From assembly GCA_965221125.1 (NCBI GenBank), contig CBDCRW010000006.1:192001-256000 (forward strand): 64,000 nt of DNA. Reading direction: 5' to 3'. Source of the DNA: Alphaproteobacteria bacterium. Lineage in GTDB: Bacteria; Pseudomonadota; Alphaproteobacteria; UBA828. Shown here piece after piece: positions 8,986 through 18,905 of the stretch. The notes beneath the pieces were generated by a model, which was given only the letters and a program-made list of their open reading frames with translations, searched no databases and was not told the origin of the DNA. Position numbers and translations under genes: made by a program. Every line of letters begins with the position of its first letter. Position 1 is the first letter of the stretch.

Positions 8986-10749
8986 GTGAACGAGCTTGAA
9001 CAAAACGGATGGCGAAAAATCGGCACCGTAGTCGGCAATGCGGGTACTGCAGAGTTCACGTTTATTCTAAAGCATTTTGAGGCACGAGTGGGTGACATTG
9101 TAGCCCTCGGTATGCAGATACCGGACAGCGCATATCAAGGGCGAACACGAATCTATGTCTGGACCAGAATCACAGACATCAGACGCTTCAACCCGTTCTT
9201 TCCATATGAGGCTGCACAAGAAATTGCGGGAGAGGGTATATCCCTCGAAGATACAGTCCTATCTGATACGCGTGACCAGCTTGAGGCCGTGGCCCTGATT
9301 CTTGGAACAACACCAGAAACTGAGCTTTCCCACCTCTCACCGCTCACCTATCCGGTCAAGCCAGCCTCGTCGGTCTATCACCCACCCGCCGAGGCTATCC
9401 GCCGGCTCTTGATCGGCGGCCGGGAGGATGAACGCAAGACGCTGATTGGTTCTCTCATCGCGCGCAGCGATGTCGAGGTAACACTGTCCGCGCCTCGCCT
9501 TGTTGCCCGTCATCTTGCCATCCTGGCCATGACAGGAGGCGGAAAGACCGTTGCTGCACGGCGCATCATTCGCGAGCTTATCACTCATCAATACCCATTG
9601 CTGATACTTGATCCACACGGTGACTACGTGGGACTCGCGAACAGCAGTGAGCTCTTCGAGAGGGAAGCTCCAGGGTCGACGATCAAGCTCTTCTATCCGG
9701 ATTTGCTCATGCAGCAGTCGGGCGAGGCTCTGATTGAAAAGGTCATTGGTCAGATGACCGACGGCCTTAGCGAACCCCAGTCGGATTATCTCCGCTCCGT
9801 CTTCAACGCCCAAGCTGCAAAGGATGGCGAGCCAGCGATCGACTATATAGAGCGGCTACTGAAGCGTACCGATAGCGACATCGCGAACGCACGCGATAAG
9901 CGCCAAGTACCCACCATGTACGCTGTGAGGCGTTCGCTCCGCATCGTTCACGGCAGGCTCGACAGCATGCGCCGCACGAGTGAGATGATGCGCCGCAGCT
10001 CTCGGCTGCGTCATTTGCCTTTTGAAGCGTTGCCAAATCCCTTTAGTCAGCCCGAGGACATTGTCCAACCTGGGCAAGTCTCTATCCTGTATCTGGGCGG
10101 CTACGACCACATCACGCAATGTTCAATTGCCGCCATTACGTTGGAAACGTTGTTTGAGTTCAGAGCCAATCTGACGGGGCGCATCGCCCCGTTCCTGACT
10201 GTCGTCGAAGAAGCACACAATTTCATTCCGTCGGCCCGCGAGGGCACACAGGACGCCGTTTCGCTCCCTGTCATGCGTCGCGTAATCACGGAAGGCAGGA
10301 AATTTGGCACAGGACTGATGCTGATTTCACAGCGGCCGAGCCGGCTGGACGAAACCATCGTCTCGCAATGCAATTCCTTCCTAATCCTTCGACTTGTCAA
10401 CCCCCGAGATCAAAATTTCGTTCGTTCCATTATGGAAAATCTCACCGAATCCGACGCGCGAATGATTCCGGGCTTTGGACCGGGGCAAGGAATTGTCAGC
10501 GGTCAGGTTGTGCGCTTTCCCCTCCCAGTGCGCGTAAAGATGGACGAGGATCTCTTGGCGTCCGAGATCGGCGATGAGGATTTCTTCGAACAGGCTGCTG
10601 CATGGCAGCCTGATGCGCACGCACCTGCCCGCAAGGCCATCGGCAACTCGATTTCCGCTGTGAACCGAAGTCGCCGAAAAGCGGGTTCGGCATCTACCTC
10701 CAAAGCTAAGACGCGGCGACGACGATCACCTAAGACGCAGCAAGAATAA
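8986..10749 (+). CDS. herA: HerA/FtsK-family ATPase (DUF87) with HAS barrel
   Basis: N-terminal IGTVVG barrel; HLAILAMTGGGKT (Walker A), LDPHGDY, VVEEAHNF (Walker B), EGRKFG, ISQRPS. GTG start at 8986 chosen after AGGCGG. Confidence 0.9.
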   Translation: MNELEQNGWRKIGTVVGNAGTAEFTFILKHFEARVGDIVALGMQIPDSAYQGRTRIYVWTRITDIRRFNPFFPYEAAQEIAGEGISLEDTVLSDTRDQLEAVALILGTTPETELSHLSPLTYPVKPASSVYHPPAEAIRRLLIGGREDERKTLIGSLIARSDVEVTLSAPRLVARHLAILAMTGGGKTVAARRIIRELITHQYPLLILDPHGDYVGLANSSELFEREAPGSTIKLFYPDLLMQQSGEALIEKVIGQMTDGLSEPQSDYLRSVFNAQAAKDGEPAIDYIERLLKRTDSDIANARDKRQVPTMYAVRRSLRIVHGRLDSMRRTSEMMRRSSRLRHLPFEALPNPFSQPEDIVQPGQVSILYLGGYDHITQCSIAAITLETLFEFRANLTGRIAPFLTVVEEAHNFIPSAREGTQDAVSLPVMRRVITEGRKFGTGLMLISQRPSRLDETIVSQCNSFLILRLVNPRDQNFVRSIMENLTESDARMIPGFGPGQGIVSGQVVRFPLPVRVKMDEDLLASEIGDEDFFEQAAAWQPDAHAPARKAIGNSISAVNRSRRKAGSASTSKAKTRRRRSPKTQQE

Positions 10750-11210
10750 TGGTGGACGTACTGACACCGGAGCAGCGTCGCCTAAATATGAGTCGTGTCC
10801 GGGGGCGCGATACGAAACCCGAGATGCTACTACGACGGGCTTTGCATGCTCGTGGATTGCGTTTTCGTTTGCATCGCCGCGACCTGCCGGGCAGACCCGA
10901 CCTTGTGTTCTCTCGTTACCGCGCTTGTCTGCTGGTTCACGGGTGCTTTTGGCACGGTCACGACTGTGCCCTTTTTCAGTGGCCAGCAACGCGTCGAGAA
11001 TTTTGGATCCAAAAGATTGCAGCAAACCGCCAGCGTGATCAGGAAACACTCAATAGGTTGATGGAATCGGGATGGCGTGTTTTGGTCGTTTGGGAATGCG
11101 CGCTGAGAGGGACTGGGAGAAAGGATTTTCCGGCAGTCATAGACGAGTGTGTGAGTTTTGTTACCGGTCTCAACTTAGAAGCCGAAATTGCGGGGTACAA
11201 ACGAATCTAG
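10749..11210 (+). CDS. vsr: Very short patch repair endonuclease
   Basis: DVLTPEQRRLNMSRVRGRDTKPE, LPGRPDLVF, VHGCFWHGH, VWEC. Translationally coupled to herA (TAATG). Confidence 0.96.
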   Translation: MVDVLTPEQRRLNMSRVRGRDTKPEMLLRRALHARGLRFRLHRRDLPGRPDLVFSRYRACLLVHGCFWHGHDCALFQWPATRREFWIQKIAANRQRDQETLNRLMESGWRVLVVWECALRGTGRKDFPAVIDECVSFVTGLNLEAEIAGYKRI

Positions 11211-11225
11211 ATCGCAGTACCGCTG

Positions 11226-11527
11226 GTGGCTCAAGGCCTCCGAGGAGCACTGGGAGCGCTTCCGCAGCCTGTGGCGCCGCGCCAAGGTGCTCGACGTGTG
11301 AATCGACACCCTGCCCGCCCATACGGACTGGCTGGAGCGCAACGAGCGCCTGCGCCGGGAGGGCAGGGCGATCCTCGACGATCCCGGGACCTACGGCGTC
11401 CACCTCAAGCGCGGGGACGACTTCGTGGAACCCCGTGGCCGACCCGGTGTCGCGGATGAACCGCCTCTCGCCGCAGCACCGGGCCCAGTCGCAAAGCCGC
11501 GACAGGGGGCGGTCATGGAGCATGTAA
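11226..11527 (+). pseudogene. Probable relaxase/mobilisation protein C-terminal remnant
   Basis: Broken frames reading WLERNERLRREGRAILDDPGTYGVHL and ending QSQSRDRGRSWSM*, a tail typical of relaxases. GC content shifts abruptly after vsr. Confidence 0.45.
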
Positions 11528-11798
11528 GCGCTTTGGAGGAGGCGCGGAATATCCCGGCGAAAGCCCGGCGCGTGCAGGGTAGCATTACCCGCCGCTCACC
11601 GGCACCCTGTAACCGCCGTTCATGAGCTTGAGCGCCTGCTTGGCTGAATGGAGTTCGGTTCATACTCCACCTCATTATACCGTTGGGGGTCGCGCTCGGA
11701 GAGCCGCGTTCGTGGTGAGAGCTCTAGCCGTTGTTTGGTTGCTCAGCAGGTTCGGGTATCTGGATCATGGTCCCCAGGAATGACTCGAGGTCGCTGCC

Positions 11799-13028
11799 GT
11801 GAACACCTCGCCGCTGCTGATTACCGCACATGACGATGAGCTGGTCGGGGCGTCCAACCCCGCGGACGCGATGGGCGTTCTCGCGATATGGTCCATCAGA
11901 GGCCGAGACCTTGTCCCGCATCTCACAGAGCAGACAACCAACGTTCGGGGCTTTCAGATCCTCGTGGAGGCCTTCCGCCTATGGGAGCTCTACGAGCCCG
12001 CACACCCAGAGCACGCCGGCCGGCTGGACGATTTCTTTCTGCTGATTGAGCAAGCCTTCGCCCGCGTCGTTGGTTGGCGTGACGGGGACTGGTACTTGCC
12101 CGGTGCCCATCGGGTGCGAGCGCGATCCTCGGAAACGCCTCGGATATCACTGGAGGACTTGGGCTGGCACCTGCTTGGTGGCCAGAAGGCGAACGGACTG
12201 TGGGGACTATATCGGGGGGCGTCACGACGGGCAGGGCTGCTAACAGACGATATGACGCGGCTCTCCGATGAGACGATGAACGAGGCCAAGAGAAACGCAG
12301 GAGTCGTGGGTCGGGCCCAAACGCGACTGTTCAGGGCAGTGCGGGATGCGATGGATGGCCGCACGGTCGAGCTTCCGACGCACAGGAACAACGCGCTACC
12401 CAACGCGCTTTACGAAACGTTCTGGGATGTGCCGCTCGCCGATCATTTGCATGTGCGGCTGATTGAAGGGCATGACCTAAACAGACAGCTCGCCGAGCGT
12501 CTGCTCGATATTGAAGAACTTGCACACCGAAATTTTCTCAGCGATGCGGCCCGAGATCTGCCCGAACATCGAGCCAAGATCAAGGATGCGGTTCGCTGCG
12601 AAGACTTTCTCGCCGTTGTGGAGGCGGTCTTCCGCTGGCTTTGCGCCAGAAAGGGCAAGACGGTCGAAGCTGCGGTGGAGGACCTTCCTGTCGATTTGGA
12701 TACGCTTTCCGCGGCGCGCGACTCGTTCGAGCACTCCGGCTTCTACGGAAGAGGAACCGCGCGAGAACGTCAACGTCGGTTCCGTGAGGAACTCGACCCG
12801 TCGAGCAAGGTCAAGTTAGCGCGCTCGGTGCTCCTGCTCCACGAGATGGTGAGCGAGGAGAGGAAGCGGGCTCCTAGGGTGTGGGAGGAACAAGGCGTGC
12901 TGTTGAGCGACGTGGAAGTGGACCCTCCATCCAAACGCGAGCTTCGGGTGGGAGCGGCTTGGTGCAACGATTACTACCTCGCACCGCTGCAAAACATCGT
13001 TAAGCAGCTTGCGGAGGTGCGCGAGTGA
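11799..13028 (+). CDS. Hypothetical protein, first gene of a PLD-helicase operon (DUF6361/Azaca-like N-terminus)
   Basis: 409-aa ORF with DAMGVLAIW...LVPHLTEQTTNVRGF and GLWGLYRGAS. Overlaps the next gene (GTGA). Confidence 0.6.
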   Translation: MNTSPLLITAHDDELVGASNPADAMGVLAIWSIRGRDLVPHLTEQTTNVRGFQILVEAFRLWELYEPAHPEHAGRLDDFFLLIEQAFARVVGWRDGDWYLPGAHRVRARSSETPRISLEDLGWHLLGGQKANGLWGLYRGASRRAGLLTDDMTRLSDETMNEAKRNAGVVGRAQTRLFRAVRDAMDGRTVELPTHRNNALPNALYETFWDVPLADHLHVRLIEGHDLNRQLAERLLDIEELAHRNFLSDAARDLPEHRAKIKDAVRCEDFLAVVEAVFRWLCARKGKTVEAAVEDLPVDLDTLSAARDSFEHSGFYGRGTARERQRRFREELDPSSKVKLARSVLLLHEMVSEERKRAPRVWEEQGVLLSDVEVDPPSKRELRVGAAWCNDYYLAPLQNIVKQLAEVRE

Positions 13029-14923
13029 ACGACCTGAACACGGTGCGGACGCGAATCGAGCGGGCATCGCAGTACTTCCGCGAGATGCACGGCGTCGTGC
13101 TGACCACGTTCAACTTGAACGGGGAGTTCCTCGAGGACCACGCATTACCCGCCGTTCTTGGCGTCGATGCGAGCACCTCCGCAGGTCGCCGAGCAGAGCT
13201 TCACCAGCGCCTCGGAACGACGCCCTGCACGGTCTTCTACGATCCGGCGACCCAGCCCAGGATATCGGGCCGATACCGATATGTCGCGCGGCCAATGCCG
13301 ATCCGCGGCCGCTTCTTTCACCCAAAGCTCGTCGTCATCGCCGGCCGATCGGAGAACCGCACGACCTGGGTGTATCTGGCGGTCTCGTCGGCCAATCTTA
13401 CTCTTTCCGGGTGGGGACGGAATGCTGAATCATTCGGCGAGACATGGATTCACACACGTGGCCAACAGGCATGGACGGCTCTTGATGCCCTGTTTGACTG
13501 GCTAAGTTCTCACAGCTCTTTGGGAGAGAAGCAAGGCAGCACCGACGCCGTGGCCCGTGTCCGCGCCGCTTTGGCGCGTATGCCCAACCGAAGACGCTTC
13601 AGCAACGACGATTCGGAGCCTTGGTCGGGCACGCTTCACGCCGACCTGTATGTGTCGGTTGTGCACACTTCGGGGTTTGCCGAGTTTCTCCGGGGCAAGC
13701 GCGCCCGGGGTCCCTCCGAGCTGTGGGCGTACAGCCCATACTGGAGCGACGTGACCGAGCAGGTAGCGAAATTTGATGCGCAAGAGACCGTGCTCGTTCC
13801 GGCGCTTCGCACCGACGGGGGCGCGCTCGGGCTCTCACGGGAGCAGGTGGAGGAACTCAGCGACGGAATCAAGATTTTCCGCAACGAGCGAGACGTTGGA
13901 GACCGGTTCTGGCACATGAAGGCGTACTGGGCTCGGCAAGGGGAGAGGATTCGCACTGCCGTCGGCAGCTGCAATTTCACACACGCCGGACTCTCCGGCA
14001 GTGATGGGAACGTCGAGGCAATGCTCGTGCTGGACGGCGAGCCTGAATCGCTTCCTGAAGGCGCGGAAATCGAGGACGACGACTTCGCTGAAGAAACAGA
14101 GGCTGAGGAGGGCAAGCCCGAGGCGGCTCCTGTGGCCATCGTGGTGGCGTGGGATTGGAGAGCCAGCGCTTGGCGATGGTGGCTGGAAGCGGGCCCGCGC
14201 CAGCGCAGCTTCATGCTGTGCGTTCCCGGTCTCGCTTCATTTCGGATCAAGTCGGGTGTCGGGAAAAAGCCAAGCATGCCACCCAAGCCAAGCGCAAACT
14301 TCACCGTGTTCTACCGCGCCGACCAAGATCCAGCCGAATGGCAAGGTCAGGTCGTCGAACTGAACCTTGACTATAGCTCGAGGACTTACGGTCGGCGGCT
14401 CACCGCAAACGAGATACTCGAGAGTTGGCGAGGCAGGGCGCCCACATGGGATCCAGGGGGAGGGGGAGGCGGAGGGAATGGCGATCCGAGTGACGAGGAC
14501 GACGACTTGGACGGCGACACCCCCGCCGCATTCAACGCCGTAAATCTGTTCGATTTCTACAGATCGATGAGCGCGCTGCGCAGTAAGGTACGGGCGCTGG
14601 ACGAGGATCAGGACATCCAACGTGGATATCTCGTTGGCCGACCGGACAGCGTCATGGCCCTTGCCCACCTTGTTGACCGAGACGATGAAGCGCCAATCGT
14701 GCGATTTCTAGTCCTCCGTGAACTGCACGCCGTCGCCTCGACTTGGGCAAACATTCTTGATGCGGAGCTTGTGGAACGGATCGGACAAATGACGAGAACG
14801 GCCCGAGATCGCACTTACGCCCGACTCCGGCAAGAACTGGATGGGAATAAGAAGAAGGCCGACCGCATGCTCGATTGGTTCGAAAACGAGCTCTCTAGAC
14901 TCGACGGCGAGATGGACGCGTGA
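13025..14923 (+). CDS. Phospholipase D-family nuclease (two HxK motifs)
   Basis: FHPKLVV...SSANLT...GRNAE and WHMKAYW...GSCNFT...GNVEA. Confidence 0.88.
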   Translation: MNDLNTVRTRIERASQYFREMHGVVLTTFNLNGEFLEDHALPAVLGVDASTSAGRRAELHQRLGTTPCTVFYDPATQPRISGRYRYVARPMPIRGRFFHPKLVVIAGRSENRTTWVYLAVSSANLTLSGWGRNAESFGETWIHTRGQQAWTALDALFDWLSSHSSLGEKQGSTDAVARVRAALARMPNRRRFSNDDSEPWSGTLHADLYVSVVHTSGFAEFLRGKRARGPSELWAYSPYWSDVTEQVAKFDAQETVLVPALRTDGGALGLSREQVEELSDGIKIFRNERDVGDRFWHMKAYWARQGERIRTAVGSCNFTHAGLSGSDGNVEAMLVLDGEPESLPEGAEIEDDDFAEETEAEEGKPEAAPVAIVVAWDWRASAWRWWLEAGPRQRSFMLCVPGLASFRIKSGVGKKPSMPPKPSANFTVFYRADQDPAEWQGQVVELNLDYSSRTYGRRLTANEILESWRGRAPTWDPGGGGGGGNGDPSDEDDDLDGDTPAAFNAVNLFDFYRSMSALRSKVRALDEDQDIQRGYLVGRPDSVMALAHLVDRDDEAPIVRFLVLRELHAVASTWANILDAELVERIGQMTRTARDRTYARLRQELDGNKKKADRMLDWFENELSRLDGEMDA

Positions 14924-17900
14924 GGCCTTTCACCCGACCAGTGCGGCCCCAGGACGTGGGAGACCTCATCGACCTCACAGTGGTGGGCGACAACGAATCG
15001 CAGTCGATGGCCGATTTGCAGCTTGAGGGCGTCGCGGCCATTTACAACATTCTCTGCCAGCACAATTTTGCCTACCTGGCCGACGAGGTGGGCATGGGCA
15101 AGACGTACCAAGCGCTCGGGCTGGTTGCGCTCTTGTGGAATGAGATGCCAGACGCACGCGTGCTGTTCATCAGCCCTCGCCAGAACCTTCAGGTGAAGTG
15201 GCACGGAGACTACATCCGCTTCTTCGCCTCGAACTATCGCCGAGAGCAGGGACTAGGGGATGACCGGGCGGCGTCGGTGCTGTTCGGCGAGCCGCTTCAT
15301 CGGCCGGTGTTGTTCCATAACCTGAGAAGCTGGACGTCGACGATTGGCCTATCCGAGCGCATCGCGCCTTTTGTCCGACACACCAGCTTTACGCGGCCGG
15401 TCTACCTGACATCCAAAGACCTCGGCGACATGGATGACCTTTGGGAAAAGACCAGCAGACGGCTCCGCAGTTGCGGCCTGTTCGGGGTCGAGCCGCCCCG
15501 CGGTCTGACGGAGGACAACGCTCCGCTTCTACTCAATCTCGAATTCGCTGGGGCCGTAAACGCAAGACTCACCCGGGAGGTCGGCGAACGGCCTTATTTC
15601 GATCTCGTCATCGTAGACGAGGCTCAATGTCTGCGAAATCCCTGCAACCAGACAAACCGCGTGCTGTTCGCCATGCTAAAGGGTCATGTAAGGAAGTGGC
15701 TCTTCATGAGCGCGACGCCCGCCCACGGCGGACCTGAGGATCTCCCGAAAATCCTCAACCACTATCCGAACGGCGGCGAGGTTCTCGATCCAGATCTCGT
15801 TCACGATCTGCCGGCCATGCAAAAGGCCTTACAAGCTTTCCTTGTACGCCGACAGCGAAGCTATCGGGCAGCAGGGCCCAACAAGATGGTGCGAAAGGGC
15901 GAATATCGCAAGCATGACTCCAAGGACTGGGGCGTTCGAGACGATGAGATGAGCCCGCTGGCGACGCTAGCGACGGGGCTCGTCCAGAAGGGATTGGTGA
16001 ATGTTCTCCGCGGGAGGAGCAATCGGTACCGCATTGGATTTCTCTCCTCCTTCGAGAGCCTGCAGACCTCGCTAAATCGCACGCTGCCCGCATCCGTCTC
16101 GGACAGCGATGCGCAAGATGAGCAGGTGGCCGGGGACTGGCACCGCGACCAGGTAGACACCTTCACCGAGCCCGAGGCGCCCGACACCGACTTCATCGAG
16201 AAGCTGGCGTCCTCTTTCGAGGATCGCTTCGCCATGCCGATGCCGCATCCCAAGGTCGACTCCGTGGTGGACCGTGTCGCCCCGCTCGCATTTGGCGCTG
16301 ATGATGAGAAAGGTGGAGCAAAGTTCCTCATTTTCACGCGACGGGTCAGCACTGTGGATGCGTTGTGCAGTCGGCTGATGTACCGATACCACCGGAGCAT
16401 AGAGCAGCGGATATGGAGGTGCTGGGACACCGCGCTCGACTGGAGCGGCAAGAGCGTCCGTGTCGAGGATTCTGACGGCTCCGAGGATCCCGAAGCGTTC
16501 GATGCCGACCCGGGTGAAAGCCCCTTTCGTCGCGCGATGTCGAACAAGGGGTGGCTCTTTCGCTATCGCCAGACGTTTCGCGCGAGCGGCAGGAACGCAC
16601 TGTTCTTCGAGGATGGCTGGTTGCGGCGTCTGTGTTACGCCGGCGGCGTTGATCCAAGTGAAGCCGCAGACGAATTCCCGGAAGAGCTGTGGGCGGAGAG
16701 TTGGACACACGCATCTCGATCGGCCGGGCCACGTCAGAACCAGTATCGTGCGGAGAGGGCTCGCTATCTCGCCGTACAGGGGATCCGCCGGGCTCCTCAT
16801 GTGTTCGGCCTCGATGTCGAGAGTGCAGCTCCATGGCGGACCGCCTACGAGGCGGCGCTCCACGAGCACCTCGATCGAGCGGAGCCTGCTGACGACCCGC
16901 ATTACGCGCCAGAGCTATTCACACAGCGGACGCTGTGGACGGAATGGGATGACCGCATTTCCGACGAGCATTTGAGCCTTCCCGTCGCTATGCCCGAGGG
17001 TGTTGGGGCTGAGTTCAATCGCGACAAGCTGTGCGATGAGTTGTGTCGTCGGCAAGTCGTGCGCACGGTGCTGGGGCAGACATTTCGGTTGACGGACGTG
17101 CTGCTCGATTTGTACTTCGCCAACGAACAGGCAGAGCGGGACGCAGACGTGTTCCCGCGTCGCTTTCTGGACTGGCTACTATCGGCCGATCCTGGCGCCC
17201 GCCAAGTCCAAGCCGATTGCGTCCAGTGGATACAGCACATTCGCCTCATCGTGGATAGCTGTCTGGACGGGGCCGGTCAAAGTTGGCGTGTACTGGCTCG
17301 CGAAGAAAGCTGGCCCCAGCTCTACAATCCTTTGGCGGTTATCGGGGTGGTCGGCGGATCGGGCGCCCATCGCGTCGCGACGAGGCAGTTCCGCACGCCG
17401 TCACTTCCACGCGTGATCGTCTGCACCGATACGTTGAAGGAGGGTGTGGACCTGCACCTCTTTTGCGATCGAGTTCTTCACTACGGCGTCGCTTGGACCT
17501 CCGGGGACCTTGAGCAGCGCGTCGGCCGCGTGGACCGTTTCTTTTCGCAGATCGAGCGACGCCTTCGCTCCGAGGGCGCCCCTCCGGATGTGGTCCTTGG
17601 TGTTGGATACCCGCATGTGGTCGCTTCGCTCGAACGAGCGCAGATCGACCGCGTGATCGAGCGCCAGAAGCGGGCCGAGCAGCTGATGGATTCCCCGCTC
17701 GCCGGCACTCGGCGCGAAAGCAGGGAACTGGTCGTCGGCGCCGGAGCGCCGCGCGCGGCTGAGAGCGCGCTGGAGCCCTACGCGCGCAAACGGAATCAAT
17801 ACCCGCGAAATGGGCGTCAGGTCGTGGTCGTGTCGAAGCGGGACGCCCGAAAAAGCGTGGAGCACTATTGCTCCTGGTACGACGAGCTCACGAACGCGGT

Positions 17901-18645
17901 GAGGGATTGCGGCTGGGAAATCTCTCCAGAGGACCGTGTTCCGCCACCAGTGGCAACCCTGCACGGCAAGGCCGAGCACCACGCGCTCGCATGGAGGTTC
18001 GATGCCGCTTTGGGCCGATATGTCATCACACTCTCCGCCGTGCCGAGGAAGAACAGAGCCGGAGCAGACGGGAGCGTGCGTCGGCGTCTCATGGGGCGGA
18101 ATTTAGGGGAGGAGGCTTTCCTTGGAATTCTAGTCCCAACTCCGAACGAAGGCGTGGACCGCCGCCTCTTCGACTGCCTGGTGGCCGCGCTCGAAGGGAA
18201 GTTACCGCGTCCTGACGTTAACGCCTCCGCGCATTGGGGGAGGCCGCTCGCCTCGCTCGCCGAGGGCGAGGTGGAGTGGGTCTCCGCCCACAGGGCACGC
18301 GCAGTCGTACCTCGCCCCGGCCGTGAGCGGCAGCAGATAATATCCCTAAATTCCAGAGAGGGCGGTGTTCGGATCTCCAGTGTTGTCGCCCCTCTGGACG
18401 AACTTCAACATCGCGGCGAATGGGACGGAGCACCGACGTTTGGCCATGTCCGCGCCTGGGCGATGGAAGCTACGAGCGAGCTTACGTTGGGGCATTTGAA
18501 GGTGCGCAAGCGTAACCGTCTCGTCTTCGGTATAGACGTGCTTCACGGGGACTTGCCTCAGAAGTCGCGCAAGCAGCTGATAAACGAAGTTGCATGGCGC
18601 GGCGATGCGTGGGAGGCGGCGCTTACCGGAGCGGACCGAAGGTAG
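14920..18645 (+). CDS. SF2 (SNF2-like) helicase with a C-terminal YbjN/CesT-like extension
   Basis: LADEVGMGKT, VIVDEAQ, MSATP, LIFTRRV, TDTLKEGVDLH, LEQRVGRVDR. About 300 extra C-terminal residues end EVAWRGDAWEAALTGAD. Confidence 0.88.
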   Translation: MRPFTRPVRPQDVGDLIDLTVVGDNESQSMADLQLEGVAAIYNILCQHNFAYLADEVGMGKTYQALGLVALLWNEMPDARVLFISPRQNLQVKWHGDYIRFFASNYRREQGLGDDRAASVLFGEPLHRPVLFHNLRSWTSTIGLSERIAPFVRHTSFTRPVYLTSKDLGDMDDLWEKTSRRLRSCGLFGVEPPRGLTEDNAPLLLNLEFAGAVNARLTREVGERPYFDLVIVDEAQCLRNPCNQTNRVLFAMLKGHVRKWLFMSATPAHGGPEDLPKILNHYPNGGEVLDPDLVHDLPAMQKALQAFLVRRQRSYRAAGPNKMVRKGEYRKHDSKDWGVRDDEMSPLATLATGLVQKGLVNVLRGRSNRYRIGFLSSFESLQTSLNRTLPASVSDSDAQDEQVAGDWHRDQVDTFTEPEAPDTDFIEKLASSFEDRFAMPMPHPKVDSVVDRVAPLAFGADDEKGGAKFLIFTRRVSTVDALCSRLMYRYHRSIEQRIWRCWDTALDWSGKSVRVEDSDGSEDPEAFDADPGESPFRRAMSNKGWLFRYRQTFRASGRNALFFEDGWLRRLCYAGGVDPSEAADEFPEELWAESWTHASRSAGPRQNQYRAERARYLAVQGIRRAPHVFGLDVESAAPWRTAYEAALHEHLDRAEPADDPHYAPELFTQRTLWTEWDDRISDEHLSLPVAMPEGVGAEFNRDKLCDELCRRQVVRTVLGQTFRLTDVLLDLYFANEQAERDADVFPRRFLDWLLSADPGARQVQADCVQWIQHIRLIVDSCLDGAGQSWRVLAREESWPQLYNPLAVIGVVGGSGAHRVATRQFRTPSLPRVIVCTDTLKEGVDLHLFCDRVLHYGVAWTSGDLEQRVGRVDRFFSQIERRLRSEGAPPDVVLGVGYPHVVASLERAQIDRVIERQKRAEQLMDSPLAGTRRESRELVVGAGAPRAAESALEPYARKRNQYPRNGRQVVVVSKRDARKSVEHYCSWYDELTNAVRDCGWEISPEDRVPPPVATLHGKAEHHALAWRFDAALGRYVITLSAVPRKNRAGADGSVRRRLMGRNLGEEAFLGILVPTPNEGVDRRLFDCLVAALEGKLPRPDVNASAHWGRPLASLAEGEVEWVSAHRARAVVPRPGRERQQIISLNSREGGVRISSVVAPLDELQHRGEWDGAPTFGHVRAWAMEATSELTLGHLKVRKRNRLVFGIDVLHGDLPQKSRKQLINEVAWRGDAWEAALTGADRR

Positions 18646-18855
18646 GTAGACGATCATGGTCTATCCGCAAGTCCCAGCTACTGGGCGACACGCACTCTCA
18701 ATTGCTTTCGCTCAGCGTGCCGGCTTGAAATTTCTCATCCAGGTTATCGCGCTATAGGCGATCCCGCATTGGACCACGTCACCGTTGAGCGAGTTGGTTA
18801 TCCCCGTTCCGAGCACCTTGCTTGTGCGGAAAATTATCTGAAATCCTTCCAAAGC

Positions 18856-18890
18856 ATACGACCGGATATGACGCACCTGGTCGCTAGACT
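18856..18890 (+). promoter_or_regulatory. Putative DriD-type WYL operator plus -10 element
   Basis: ATACGAC-N7-GACGCAC (18856-18876), then TAGACT (18885-18890), just upstream of the AAA gene. It resembles my recollection of the Caulobacter DriD site ATACGAC-N7-GTCGTAT. Confidence 0.45.
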
Positions 18891-18905
18891 GCCGCCATAT
18901 CACCG

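Noticed and set aside
14455-14520. G-rich run as a phase-variable tract
   Set aside because: It is an interrupted run encoding an in-frame Gly/Asp linker of the PLD protein, not a pure homopolymer.
18712-18903. 63-aa minus-strand ORF between the helicase and AAA genes
   Set aside because: No recognisable motif or RBS, and it overlaps the likely promoter of the AAA gene.
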